A stretch of DNA of 64,000 nt from Spirochaetia bacterium (GTDB lineage Bacteria > Spirochaetota > Spirochaetia > UBA9216). Of this stretch, positions 10,154-19,025 are shown piece after piece; positions within the stretch are counted from its first letter, which is position 1, and each line of letters starts with the position of its first letter. Below the pieces are notes generated by a model that was not told the origin of the DNA, did no database searches, and was given only the letters and a program-made list of their open reading frames with translations. Position numbers and translations under genes: made by a program. The stretch covers positions 672,001 through 736,000 of the forward strand of contig CAXXYH010000003.1 in NCBI GenBank assembly GCA_963677925.2, in the 5' to 3' direction.

Positions 10154-10946
10154 AATCAGCCCCCTCAGGTGCGGCAACCTCTTCGCGTGAATTGAGGAGG
10201 TATTTCAGCTTTCGTTTTACTTCATCAATTGAGAGATCATAAAAAAGGTTGGCATCATAGGCCAGCGATACAGCACCGGTTTCTTCAGAAACTATCAGTA
10301 CAACAGCATCTGTTTCTTCTGCAAGCCCAAGAGCCGCTCGATGTCTTGTTCCGAATGAGCGGCGTATATCTGTCTGCTCAGATAGTGGAAGAAAACAGCC
10401 TGCAGAACCGATTCTGCCGTTGTGAATTACCAGGGCACCGTCATGCAGAGGTGTATCAAAGCTGAATATCGTAAGAATAAGGCTTGAGGATAATTCGGCA
10501 TCAAGCTGGGTGCCGGTATCAACAATGTTCTTAAGCCCCATCTTTCTTGAAAAGACAATAAGCGCTCCCCTGCGCCTTCCTGCAAGAACATCAACAGCAT
10601 TCAGAACAGAATCGATCTGTCTGGGCTTTGCACCCGAAGAAGATTTAAACCAGTCACGCTGACCAATTTTGGTAAAAATACTCCTTAGCTCAGGCTGAAA
10701 CACCACAGCAAGCACTACAACCAGAAGCGTTGTAAGTGCGTTCATTATCCAAAGCAGAGTATCAAGCTGAAGAATAAACGCGGCTGAATAGATAACAACT
10801 ATCAGCATTGCGCCTTTAAGCAGCTGCAGGGCTCTGGTCTGGATCAGAATCTTGTACATCTGATAAATCAGAAATGAGAGAATTGCTATATCAAGTACAG
10901 GACGGATTATATCCTTGAAAACCCAGAACTGATTCAGTTTTTCCAT
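10146..10946 (-). CDS. cdaA: Membrane diadenylate cyclase
   Basis: Three TM helices, VFQPELR, TPLHDGA, GTRHRAA. Confidence 0.96.
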   Translation of the reverse strand: MEKLNQFWVFKDIIRPVLDIAILSFLIYQMYKILIQTRALQLLKGAMLIVVIYSAAFILQLDTLLWIMNALTTLLVVVLAVVFQPELRSIFTKIGQRDWFKSSSGAKPRQIDSVLNAVDVLAGRRRGALIVFSRKMGLKNIVDTGTQLDAELSSSLILTIFSFDTPLHDGALVIHNGRIGSAGCFLPLSEQTDIRRSFGTRHRAALGLAEETDAVVLIVSEETGAVSLAYDANLFYDLSIDEVKRKLKYLLNSREEVAAPEGADFG

Positions 10947-10951
10947 CGGGT

Positions 10952-11785
10952 TCAGGCTCCTTCCACTGCTTTAATAATTTCAAGCATTGCTACAGTTTCG
11001 GGAACATCATGAACCCTGAGGATTGACGCACCGGCAAGTGCACTCAGCATATTGGCGGCAAGTGTTCCGGAAAGCCGATCTTCAACAACCGATCCGGTAA
11101 CCGCTCCGATAAATGATTTCCGGGAAAGTCCGATAAGAATCGGATACCCCGTATCTGTAAATCTTTTAATTTCTTTTAATATTTTCAGGTTATCATCAAG
11201 CCTTTTACCGAATCCTATGCCCGGATCGAGTATAATTCTGTTTTTGGATATTCCGTAGGCGCCTGCCCTTCTGATACAGACTTCAAGCTCGGTAAGAATC
11301 TCTTCAATCGTATCGTTATAATGGGGATTCTGCTGCATCGTTTCAGGAGTTCCCCGCATATGCATCAGAATCAGAGGGACATCACGCTCCGCAGCAAGAA
11401 AACCGAGTTCGGGGTCATCAGCCAGGGCTGAAATATCGTTGATTATATCCGCACCGGCATTAAGCGCAGCCTCGGCTGTAGCGGATTTTCTGGTATCGAT
11501 TGAAATTGGTATATCAGAAAAAGATCTGATTGCCTTAATAAGCGGGATGACCCGGCTGATTTCCTCATCCGCTGAAACATAGGCTGACCCCGGTCTGCTT
11601 GATTCACCGCCGATATCAATGATATCAGCACCTGCATGAATCATCTTCTCAGCGGAGGATCTGCCTTCCTCAGCCTCCACCCTGCTTCCGGGAAAAAAAG
11701 AATCGGGAGTTGTGTTAAGAATTCCCATTACAAAAGACTTTCTTTTTGTGGATATTGACCTTCCACCTGACAATTCAAGTTTCAT
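10952..11785 (-). CDS. folP: Dihydropteroate synthase
   Basis: MGILNTTPDSF, DIGGESSRPG, DPGIGFGK, SRKSF, RVHDV. Confidence 0.97.
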   Translation of the reverse strand: MKLELSGGRSISTKRKSFVMGILNTTPDSFFPGSRVEAEEGRSSAEKMIHAGADIIDIGGESSRPGSAYVSADEEISRVIPLIKAIRSFSDIPISIDTRKSATAEAALNAGADIINDISALADDPELGFLAAERDVPLILMHMRGTPETMQQNPHYNDTIEEILTELEVCIRRAGAYGISKNRIILDPGIGFGKRLDDNLKILKEIKRFTDTGYPILIGLSRKSFIGAVTGSVVEDRLSGTLAANMLSALAGASILRVHDVPETVAMLEIIKAVEGA

Positions 11786-11874
11786 CGGTTCATTATAGAT
11801 GAAATTATCCGGTCTAACAATAAAAGTAATTTCAAAATCTGGTTTTAATAATCAGCATCTGTTATTATTCAGAT

Positions 11875-12489
11875 ATGAACAAATTATTCCGCTTTTCATT
11901 AGTATTATTTTTAATTGTAGCTTTACCCGCTTTTCATGTATCAGCTTCAGGCCGGAAAGAAAAAGAAGAGCCTGCTGTACAGGAAGAAGATATAAACAAT
12001 GTGTTTGCCCCCGAAGTCGAGATGAATGAATCTGATGTCTCGCTTCCTTCCGACTGGGACTATCAGGTAGAGATAACGATGGAAGGCTCACGCAGTGAAG
12101 GCCGCATTGGGCATCTTTTTTTCATGGGAACCGAGATTGGTCCCTGGTTTGACTATATAATAATTAACGGCACGGGTCTTGAGTATATTCCGATGCAGAA
12201 TATCTGGGACCGAAGCGGCTACCGTAAGATAACAAGATACAGCTGCTACAGCATAGTCACCGATATGAGCCTGCAGCATAATTATGAAATTACTGCCGAA
12301 GAACTTGGTAAGGGCTGGTATGAGGCTCCTGCTGATGAAAAGCACAGCGGAACTCCCTCCGAATGGGTACGATGCAAAAGCGGCGAGCTTTATTTCTGGG
12401 CTGATCCTGCCCGCCTGAATGAAATTGCAGAAACCATGGGTATAGACAGGCTTGATGTTCCCCAGATGGTTCCGGTAAAAAATGACTGA
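11875..12489 (+). CDS. Exported hypothetical protein
   Basis: Signal peptide ending ...VSASGRKE; 8-bp overlap with the next gene; no family recognised. Confidence 0.7.
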   Translation: MNKLFRFSLVLFLIVALPAFHVSASGRKEKEEPAVQEEDINNVFAPEVEMNESDVSLPSDWDYQVEITMEGSRSEGRIGHLFFMGTEIGPWFDYIIINGTGLEYIPMQNIWDRSGYRKITRYSCYSIVTDMSLQHNYEITAEELGKGWYEAPADEKHSGTPSEWVRCKSGELYFWADPARLNEIAETMGIDRLDVPQMVPVKND

Positions 12490-14095
12490 TAGCAAACTGC
12501 TGCTTAAAAGCAGAAAAATTTTTACAGCAAACGGGGAAGCAGTATTCAGCGGTGCAGTCTCGATTGCGGATTCAGTTATTGAAAGAGTATTCAAATCACC
12601 CGCAGAACTTCCCAAAGAAGCAGAGGGGTACACCGTCGTAGACTGCGGAGAACGGCTTATTATGCCGGGATTCTGCGACAGCCATATTCACGGCTTTTTC
12701 GGGAGCCTGCAGTCAAGCTCTGTCTCACTCGGCGGATGCAGATCAGAAGAAGAAGCCGCTGCAAAAGCAGCTGAGTTCTACCGTGATGAGATAAACCGGG
12801 GATTCGATGACTGGCTTTTCGGTTTCGGATGGATGCATTTCACCTGGGATAAAAAAAACCTGCCCTCAAAGGAATCACTGGACAGATACTTCAAAAACAC
12901 ACCGGTATGCCTTTTTAATGACGAAATGCACAGCGTCTGGGTAAACTCGGAAGCTCTAAAACGCTGCGGAATAACAGCAGCCACACCGGATCCGTCCATC
13001 GGCAGAATTTTCCGTGATAATACTGGAAATCCTACAGGCTATCTGCTCGAACCCGAGGCTATGGATCTTGTTGTATCAAAGGCTTTGCGCTTTACTCCTG
13101 AGAGGCTGAGAGCGACAGCAGAAAACCTGCTTGCCGAAGCCGCCCGCTGCGGGGTTACATCAATGAGCGATATACAGATCCTCAATTCACTCAATCCCGC
13201 ACTTTACAGTGAACTGGAGAAAGACGGGAAGCTGACATGCAGAATGCATATGGTCTTTCCGATGGAGCAGCCGCTTGAAGATATTCTTGAGCAGAGGTCG
13301 GAATATGCATCTGACTATCTGCGTTTCAGCGGCGTAAAGGAGTTTCTTGACGGGACAGCCCCCATGCAGACCGGAGTTCTGGTCGAACCCTATAATGAAC
13401 CTGCCGGCTTCAATGCGCCCCTGCTTGTAGATATGGACCGGACCGTAAAAAGGGCAATCCGATTTGACAAAAACGGAATAAGAATACGCTTTCATGCCTG
13501 CGGTTCAGGCGCGGTAAGGGCAGCTCTCGATATATTTGAGGCGGTCCGGAATGCAAACGGATATAACGGCACCAGACACACTATTGAACATATTGAGGAT
13601 ATACATCCTGATGACATCCCCAGATTCAAAAAACTGAGTGTCACAGCATCCGTTCAGCCGGATCACCTGCTTGCCGAAGAATACTCCCTTCATCCTTTTC
13701 ATGAAATACTTGGTGAAGAACGCTGCCGATGGGCCTGGCCGTTTAAATCGCTGATAGAAAGCGGTGCAGAGGTCTCCTTCGGTACAGACTACCCTATATC
13801 TCCGCTAAACCCGATGATTGGAGTCTTCCGTGCTGTTACCAGGCTGCATGAAGACTATAAGCCTGAGGGCGGATGGATACCCGAAGAGAGGCTGACTGTT
13901 GAACAGTCTCTTTATCATTACACAGCAGCCTCATCAAGGCAGATGTACACCGAAGGCCTGACCGGCAAACTTATCCCCGGACTGGCTGCAGACATAACAG
14001 TCCTTGACGGGAATCCGTTTGAATGCAACCCGGTTGAGCTTAGAAATATTAAAACCTTCCTGACCTTCTCCGGCGGAAAAAGGGTATTTGGATAG
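12482..14095 (+). CDS. YtcJ-like metal-dependent amidohydrolase (amidohydrolase_3)
   Basis: MPGFCDSHIH, HSVWVNS, KEFLDG, HACGSGA, IEHIE, FGTDYP, GLAADITVLD. Confidence 0.9.
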   Translation: MTDSKLLLKSRKIFTANGEAVFSGAVSIADSVIERVFKSPAELPKEAEGYTVVDCGERLIMPGFCDSHIHGFFGSLQSSSVSLGGCRSEEEAAAKAAEFYRDEINRGFDDWLFGFGWMHFTWDKKNLPSKESLDRYFKNTPVCLFNDEMHSVWVNSEALKRCGITAATPDPSIGRIFRDNTGNPTGYLLEPEAMDLVVSKALRFTPERLRATAENLLAEAARCGVTSMSDIQILNSLNPALYSELEKDGKLTCRMHMVFPMEQPLEDILEQRSEYASDYLRFSGVKEFLDGTAPMQTGVLVEPYNEPAGFNAPLLVDMDRTVKRAIRFDKNGIRIRFHACGSGAVRAALDIFEAVRNANGYNGTRHTIEHIEDIHPDDIPRFKKLSVTASVQPDHLLAEEYSLHPFHEILGEERCRWAWPFKSLIESGAEVSFGTDYPISPLNPMIGVFRAVTRLHEDYKPEGGWIPEERLTVEQSLYHYTAASSRQMYTEGLTGKLIPGLAADITVLDGNPFECNPVELRNIKTFLTFSGGKRVFG

Positions 14096-14097
14096 CT

Positions 14098-14754
14098 ATG
14101 AACGACGAAGCAGTAGATTTTCTTGATATAGAAAAGGCGATCAAGGCTGAACGATACAGGCAGCTGAATCCGCTGGCACAAAAAGGCCGGATAGTTTTTG
14201 CCGGCTCATCTCTTGCAGAACAGTTCCCGGTCGACGAACTGCTGAAAGCTGCAGGTTCTGATAAAACTGTCTATAACCGGGGCATAAGCGGCGATGTCAT
14301 TCAGGGACTGCTTGATAATATTGAAACACTTATTCTTGATCTGGCTCCGTCAAAGCTGTTCATCAATATAGGTTCAAATAACATCGGCAGTCCTGACTAC
14401 AGCCTGGATACACTGATGTATAAATACAAAGAGATTCTGAGCATAGTGCGTACCAGGCTTCCGGACTGTAAAATTCACATACTTTCCTACTATCCGGTAA
14501 ACCCCGACAAGGAATCCTTCATCCCGGCGGCAGAACGAATCGAAATGTTCAGGACCCGGTCGAATGAGGCTATCAGCCAGGCAAATACGGCTCTTCAGAC
14601 GCTTGCAGAAGATTTCAATGCAGAATATATCGATGTAAGCAGTGTTTTAATGGATGAAGAACGCCGGCTTAAGGCTGAATACACCGTTGAAGGTGTACAC
14701 CTATGGCCTGAAGCCTACAGGCTGGTCTTTGAAGTTCTTCTTCCCTGGTTTTAA
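14098..14754 (+). CDS. SGNH/GDSL hydrolase
   Basis: FAGSSL, NRGISGD, NIGSNN, EGVHL blocks. Confidence 0.88.
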   Translation: MNDEAVDFLDIEKAIKAERYRQLNPLAQKGRIVFAGSSLAEQFPVDELLKAAGSDKTVYNRGISGDVIQGLLDNIETLILDLAPSKLFINIGSNNIGSPDYSLDTLMYKYKEILSIVRTRLPDCKIHILSYYPVNPDKESFIPAAERIEMFRTRSNEAISQANTALQTLAEDFNAEYIDVSSVLMDEERRLKAEYTVEGVHLWPEAYRLVFEVLLPWF

Positions 14755-14779
14755 AAAAGACCGGCTGTTAATCAGCCGG
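14753..14779 (-). terminator. Hairpin between the convergent SGNH and cupin genes
   Basis: CCGGCTG (14761-67) / CAGCCGG (14773-79) with an upstream A-run. Confidence 0.5.
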
Positions 14780-15085
14780 AGACTTTACCACCATAATTCT
14801 TAAGCGTCCGGATGCATTATTTTCAACCTGCCTATCAACATCTGCCGGGCATTCAAGAAGCTGATCCGCCGACAGTTCAGCCGAACTCTCATCAGTAGCA
14901 ATAGTAGCTGTCCCTTCAAGGACAAAAAAGAAGGTTTTTACCTCAACCGAATGTTTTGGAATAACAGCTCCCGGCTCCATGGTAATTATATTTGCCTGGG
15001 CTTCAGGATGCTCATATATCCTTCGGCCTACCACACCGTCAGTTTCAAAAACAATCTTTCCATCTTCAGCATTTAAAATTTTCAT
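14768..15085 (-). CDS. Cupin-domain protein
   Basis: MEPGAVIPKH, FFFVLEG, NNASGRLRIMVVK; start 15085 has a GGAGA SD (alternative start 15100). Confidence 0.85.
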   Translation of the reverse strand: MKILNAEDGKIVFETDGVVGRRIYEHPEAQANIITMEPGAVIPKHSVEVKTFFFVLEGTATIATDESSAELSADQLLECPADVDRQVENNASGRLRIMVVKSPAD

Positions 15086-15110
15086 AAAGCTGTCTCCCAT
15101 CTCTCATCTG

Positions 15111-15152
15111 ATTATAACCTGAAACAAGAGTACAGCCCGTAACAAATGTTAC
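15111..15152 (-). promoter_or_regulatory. Class II CRP/FNR-type promoter for the cupin gene
   Basis: Palindrome GTAACA-AA-TGTTAC at 15139-15152; TATAAT on - strand at 15116-15111. Confidence 0.6.
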
Positions 15153-15159
15153 AAAAGAC

Positions 15160-15186
15160 AAAAAAAGGCCGACATCCCTGTCAGCC
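15160..15186 (-). terminator. Intrinsic terminator of the clostripain gene
   Basis: On - strand GGCTGACA-GGGA-TGTCGGCC followed by T7. Confidence 0.8.
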
Positions 15187-15215
15187 CCGTAAAATAGTAT
15201 GCAGTATGAAAAATA

Positions 15216-16856
15216 TTAATAAGTTCCCGGTGTATATGTCTCGCCTGAATCATACCAGGCTTCAAAGAGCTCCCGCCATGTTTCAACAGTACCGTCACTG
15301 TCAGAGTCTGCAAAATCAATATTACCGTATAGGTAAGTCGAACCCATTTCTGTTTGGGTATCAAGCGCCGTATACCACCATTGGTAGGCATAATGTGAAT
15401 AACTGTTATATATTTCTTCCCCATGGGAAAAGAATATTGAAAGCCCACGTACAGCAGCTGAATCATCTGTTTCATAAAAAGAAGTTATAGTCTCAAAACT
15501 TGTACCGGAATACTCGCCGAAACAGGCAATTACCGCGTTATCAAGAGCAGTTAAAACATTATCCGCAGCAGTATATACATCACCGGAGGTATAGTATGAC
15601 TGCAGGACCAGACAGAAATCATAAATATCAGTATATGGGATAGATACAGGTTCAGTAGTCGAGTCTTTTGCGTAATAGTAAAGAGCTTCATCGCGGTATG
15701 TCTCAATATTGGACTGCTCACCTGCATTGTAAAGCGCTGCAGCCAGCGCATCTATTGCGGTTTTCAATTCATCGACATATGACAGATCAACGGCAGTCAT
15801 AGTATTCTGATAGGTAGACGATGATGTTGAGGCCTGAAACTGTGTTACTATCTCAACAGCAAGCTCCTGTGCGGATGGTATATCACCTGCAGTATTAAAC
15901 AGTCCGGAACCGAAGAGTTCAGAATAATCCCAGCCGTATCCCCATTCACTCGCAGGCGAGGCTGCATAATAGTCTGCAAGATTTCTAAACTCATAGGCAA
16001 TTTCAACAGTCCCCATCAGACAGGCGTCTATACCGATGATATCAAGCATGGAGGAACCGAGAGCAGAGGAAATAGCCTGCTGTACTTCATCCATATACAT
16101 TATATCCCCGCCGGAAGTTTCATCTTCAGCTATCTGTTTACTGATTTCAGAACCTGAATCAATAGAACGTGCTCCATTACCATGGTTCCACATTACAAGT
16201 GCATTCTTTGTTGACGCGTAATTATCGAGACCGTATTCAATAAAAGCCTGCAAAATATCAGGATCTGCCATATTTACTTCGTTATCTACGATAAAGTCAG
16301 CATACAGAACTGATGAAGCGATGGAGGAACTGCTGTTATCAGGTGATATCAGATAGAGTGTTGTATTGTTACTCCCCTTAGCATCAGCAAGTACCAGAAT
16401 TTTCAACTCCTCCTGAATACCGGCATTACCGGCAGTAAGAGCATTATAGAGGCCTTCTTCCATTTCATTTATGTCATACGGCATTACTGGAGAAAGTGAG
16501 TTATCACCTGCCATATAAACCATTACAGTCCAGCCGTCACCGGATTCCGCGAAGTCTGCGGACAGTGAAATATCATCATCAGGCATCTGAATCTGAATTT
16601 CACGGGTTCCTGATGAATCCACTACATAACCGGTATCACCGTTCCAGCCTGCAAAATAATATCCGTCATCAGGCTGAGCATTAACCGTGACAAGTTCATC
16701 TTCAGTGTATTCATATCCCGATGGGTCAACAGTCACAGACCCGCCGGCCGAAGAATCAACAGTAAGAGTATACTTAGGTGCACATGAATTTATTGAAAAT
16801 ATTGCCGCAGCAATTCCGGCAGTAAATATTATCCGTTTCATCATAGAAGTCATCAT
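15216..16856 (-). CDS. Lipoprotein: InlB-B-type repeat plus clostripain-family (C11) cysteine peptidase
   Basis: Lipobox INSC; GYYFAGWNGD repeat; WTVMVYMAGDNSL; catalytic WNHGNG and DACLM. Confidence 0.88.
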   Translation of the reverse strand: MMTSMMKRIIFTAGIAAAIFSINSCAPKYTLTVDSSAGGSVTVDPSGYEYTEDELVTVNAQPDDGYYFAGWNGDTGYVVDSSGTREIQIQMPDDDISLSADFAESGDGWTVMVYMAGDNSLSPVMPYDINEMEEGLYNALTAGNAGIQEELKILVLADAKGSNNTTLYLISPDNSSSSIASSVLYADFIVDNEVNMADPDILQAFIEYGLDNYASTKNALVMWNHGNGARSIDSGSEISKQIAEDETSGGDIMYMDEVQQAISSALGSSMLDIIGIDACLMGTVEIAYEFRNLADYYAASPASEWGYGWDYSELFGSGLFNTAGDIPSAQELAVEIVTQFQASTSSSTYQNTMTAVDLSYVDELKTAIDALAAALYNAGEQSNIETYRDEALYYYAKDSTTEPVSIPYTDIYDFCLVLQSYYTSGDVYTAADNVLTALDNAVIACFGEYSGTSFETITSFYETDDSAAVRGLSIFFSHGEEIYNSYSHYAYQWWYTALDTQTEMGSTYLYGNIDFADSDSDGTVETWRELFEAWYDSGETYTPGTY

Positions 16857-16973
16857 ATATCAAATATAACGCAATGAAACACTAAGGCCAAAGCTTTATC
16901 TCAATATTTACAATCAGGTAACAAAATTTACATATACCCGCAGCAGAATTTACAATATACTTCTAACAAAGTA

Positions 16974-19025
16974 ATGATTCGAAAAAGATCGCTAAGCAGT
17001 ACAATAAGATACGCCATAATAATGTTCAGTCTGGTTACTGTGATATCCGCAGCTGTGGTTTTTACATCTATCACTGTATTTTCCGGATTCAGAAACATCA
17101 ACAGTGACATAGAGCTGTTCATTGAGTCCCAGAGGAATCTTGCCGAGGCAGAAACAAAGCATGCAGTTGAATATATCTACCACACCAGGTTCAATTCCGA
17201 ATATACAGAGACGGCAAAGAAGACAATCATAAACTGGATAAATGTATATAAATTCAATCTGCTGTTCGATCAGGAAAGCTCATTCGTTATATATAACGGT
17301 AACGGCCTGCTTATTGCAGGAGAAGAATCCGAAGACTTCGGTGATATTGCAAACGGAAACATACATTCCGCCCGGAAAAAACTGCTTTCAGTCATAAAGG
17401 ATATTCTCCCCCTTTCTCCTTACGGAAGCCAGGTCTGCATGAGTTCTCAAACTGCAGAATGCGCGGGAGCTTCATGTACATTCTGCGGATATGCAGCATC
17501 CATACCTGATTGGGACTGGTACATTTTTACCCGGGTAAAGCATGAACCGACAATTACTTACAGAAGACTCAAGCAGAAACATCTGCTGGTAACAACATTA
17601 ATCAGTACTTTCGCAGCGGCAATGACCACAGTACTGCTGCTTTTTTTAAGTTTCAGGCAGAGCCGAAAATTTTCAAATTCAATTGCTGACAGTTTTAAAA
17701 AACTCGACTCCTATTTTTCCGGAGAAATTGAAGCCGACCATATTGCTGAAGAACAGGATATTGAGTATCAGGAATTCATCAATCTGGCCAGATACTCAAT
17801 TGTAACGCTGAAACAGAAAGAAACCGCTCAAAAGCATCTTTCTACGGCACTTCAAATTTCAGGCTATATTTCCTGGGAGTATGATATAGAAAGCGGAAGT
17901 ATAAGCCATCCGGATAACCTTACAAGCCGTGAGTTCAAAGCCTATTCAGAAATGGTTGTAACTCCTGAAAATCTTTCAGAGAAGAACCTTGCCCCCTTAT
18001 ACGGCAACAAGGCGGAACAGCTTTTCCGGCATATAAAATCAGGAAAAGAGAACAGTATTTATATGGAATATAAATTAAGGATAAACCACGAAACTGAGAA
18101 GTGGTTTAACCTCTATTATCAGATTACCCAGGCAGACGCCGACGGGAAGCCTTCGAGACTTCTTGGAATAGCAAGCGATATAACAGAAAAGGTTAATATG
18201 TCGGAAATGGTTATTCAGTCTGAAAAAATGCTGTCTGCAGGCAGTCTGGCCGCCGGGGTAGCACATGAGCTGAACAATCCGCTTGCCGGGATAATTCAGA
18301 ACGCCTATGTTCTTAAAAACAGGCTCGATCCGGAACTTGAAAAGAATCAGAGTGCGGCGGATAAAACAGGAATTTCAATGGAGCAGCTCGCAGAATACTG
18401 TAATACAAGAGGTATCATCAGGCTGCTCGACGATATAATGTCATCTGGAAGAAGGGCCGCCGATATAATAAGCGATATGCTTGTTTTCAGCAGGAAAAGC
18501 CGGACCAGTATGTCAGCCCAGAGGCTGAGTGAGATCCTTGATAAGACTATCCAGCTTGCATCCAGCGATTACGAGCTGAAAAAAAAGTACAGATTTAAAG
18601 ATATTGAAATCAAAAGAAGTTATGATAATGATGAGACCGAAGTCATGTGTGAACCTGAAAAAATGGGACAGGTATTCTTCAATATACTAAAAAACGGAGC
18701 CCAGGCAATGGCCTCAAAAGTTTATGAGGATGGTATAAAACCCTGTTTCTGTCTCAGCGTTAAAAATACTGTCCACGGAGTTCAGGTTGCTATTGAAGAC
18801 AATGGTCCCGGTTTGTCCGAAAAGCTCCGCAGCAAGATTATCGAACCTTTTTTCACAACTAAGCAGGCCTCAGAGGGGACGGGGCTTGGATTATCAATCT
18901 CATACTATATAATTACTGACAAACACAAGGGAAAAATGTATATTGAATCGGAAGAAATGGAATGGACCAGATTTATTATAGAACTCCCCGCAGAGGATCG
19001 GAATGATAACAGTTCTTACAATTGA
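16974..19025 (+). CDS. Membrane sensor histidine kinase (Cache-like, PAS, HisKA, HATPase)
   Basis: Two TM helices, SEKMLSAGSLAAGVAHELNNPL, DNGPG, FFTTK, GTGLGLSI. Confidence 0.92.
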   Translation: MIRKRSLSSTIRYAIIMFSLVTVISAAVVFTSITVFSGFRNINSDIELFIESQRNLAEAETKHAVEYIYHTRFNSEYTETAKKTIINWINVYKFNLLFDQESSFVIYNGNGLLIAGEESEDFGDIANGNIHSARKKLLSVIKDILPLSPYGSQVCMSSQTAECAGASCTFCGYAASIPDWDWYIFTRVKHEPTITYRRLKQKHLLVTTLISTFAAAMTTVLLLFLSFRQSRKFSNSIADSFKKLDSYFSGEIEADHIAEEQDIEYQEFINLARYSIVTLKQKETAQKHLSTALQISGYISWEYDIESGSISHPDNLTSREFKAYSEMVVTPENLSEKNLAPLYGNKAEQLFRHIKSGKENSIYMEYKLRINHETEKWFNLYYQITQADADGKPSRLLGIASDITEKVNMSEMVIQSEKMLSAGSLAAGVAHELNNPLAGIIQNAYVLKNRLDPELEKNQSAADKTGISMEQLAEYCNTRGIIRLLDDIMSSGRRAADIISDMLVFSRKSRTSMSAQRLSEILDKTIQLASSDYELKKKYRFKDIEIKRSYDNDETEVMCEPEKMGQVFFNILKNGAQAMASKVYEDGIKPCFCLSVKNTVHGVQVAIEDNGPGLSEKLRSKIIEPFFTTKQASEGTGLGLSISYYIITDKHKGKMYIESEEMEWTRFIIELPAEDRNDNSSYN

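Noticed and set aside
16907-16968. TTTACA/GTAACA-like repeats between the clostripain and kinase genes as a second Pho box
   Set aside because: Spacing is irregular (11, 9, 22, 14) in AT-rich DNA, so it is not convincing
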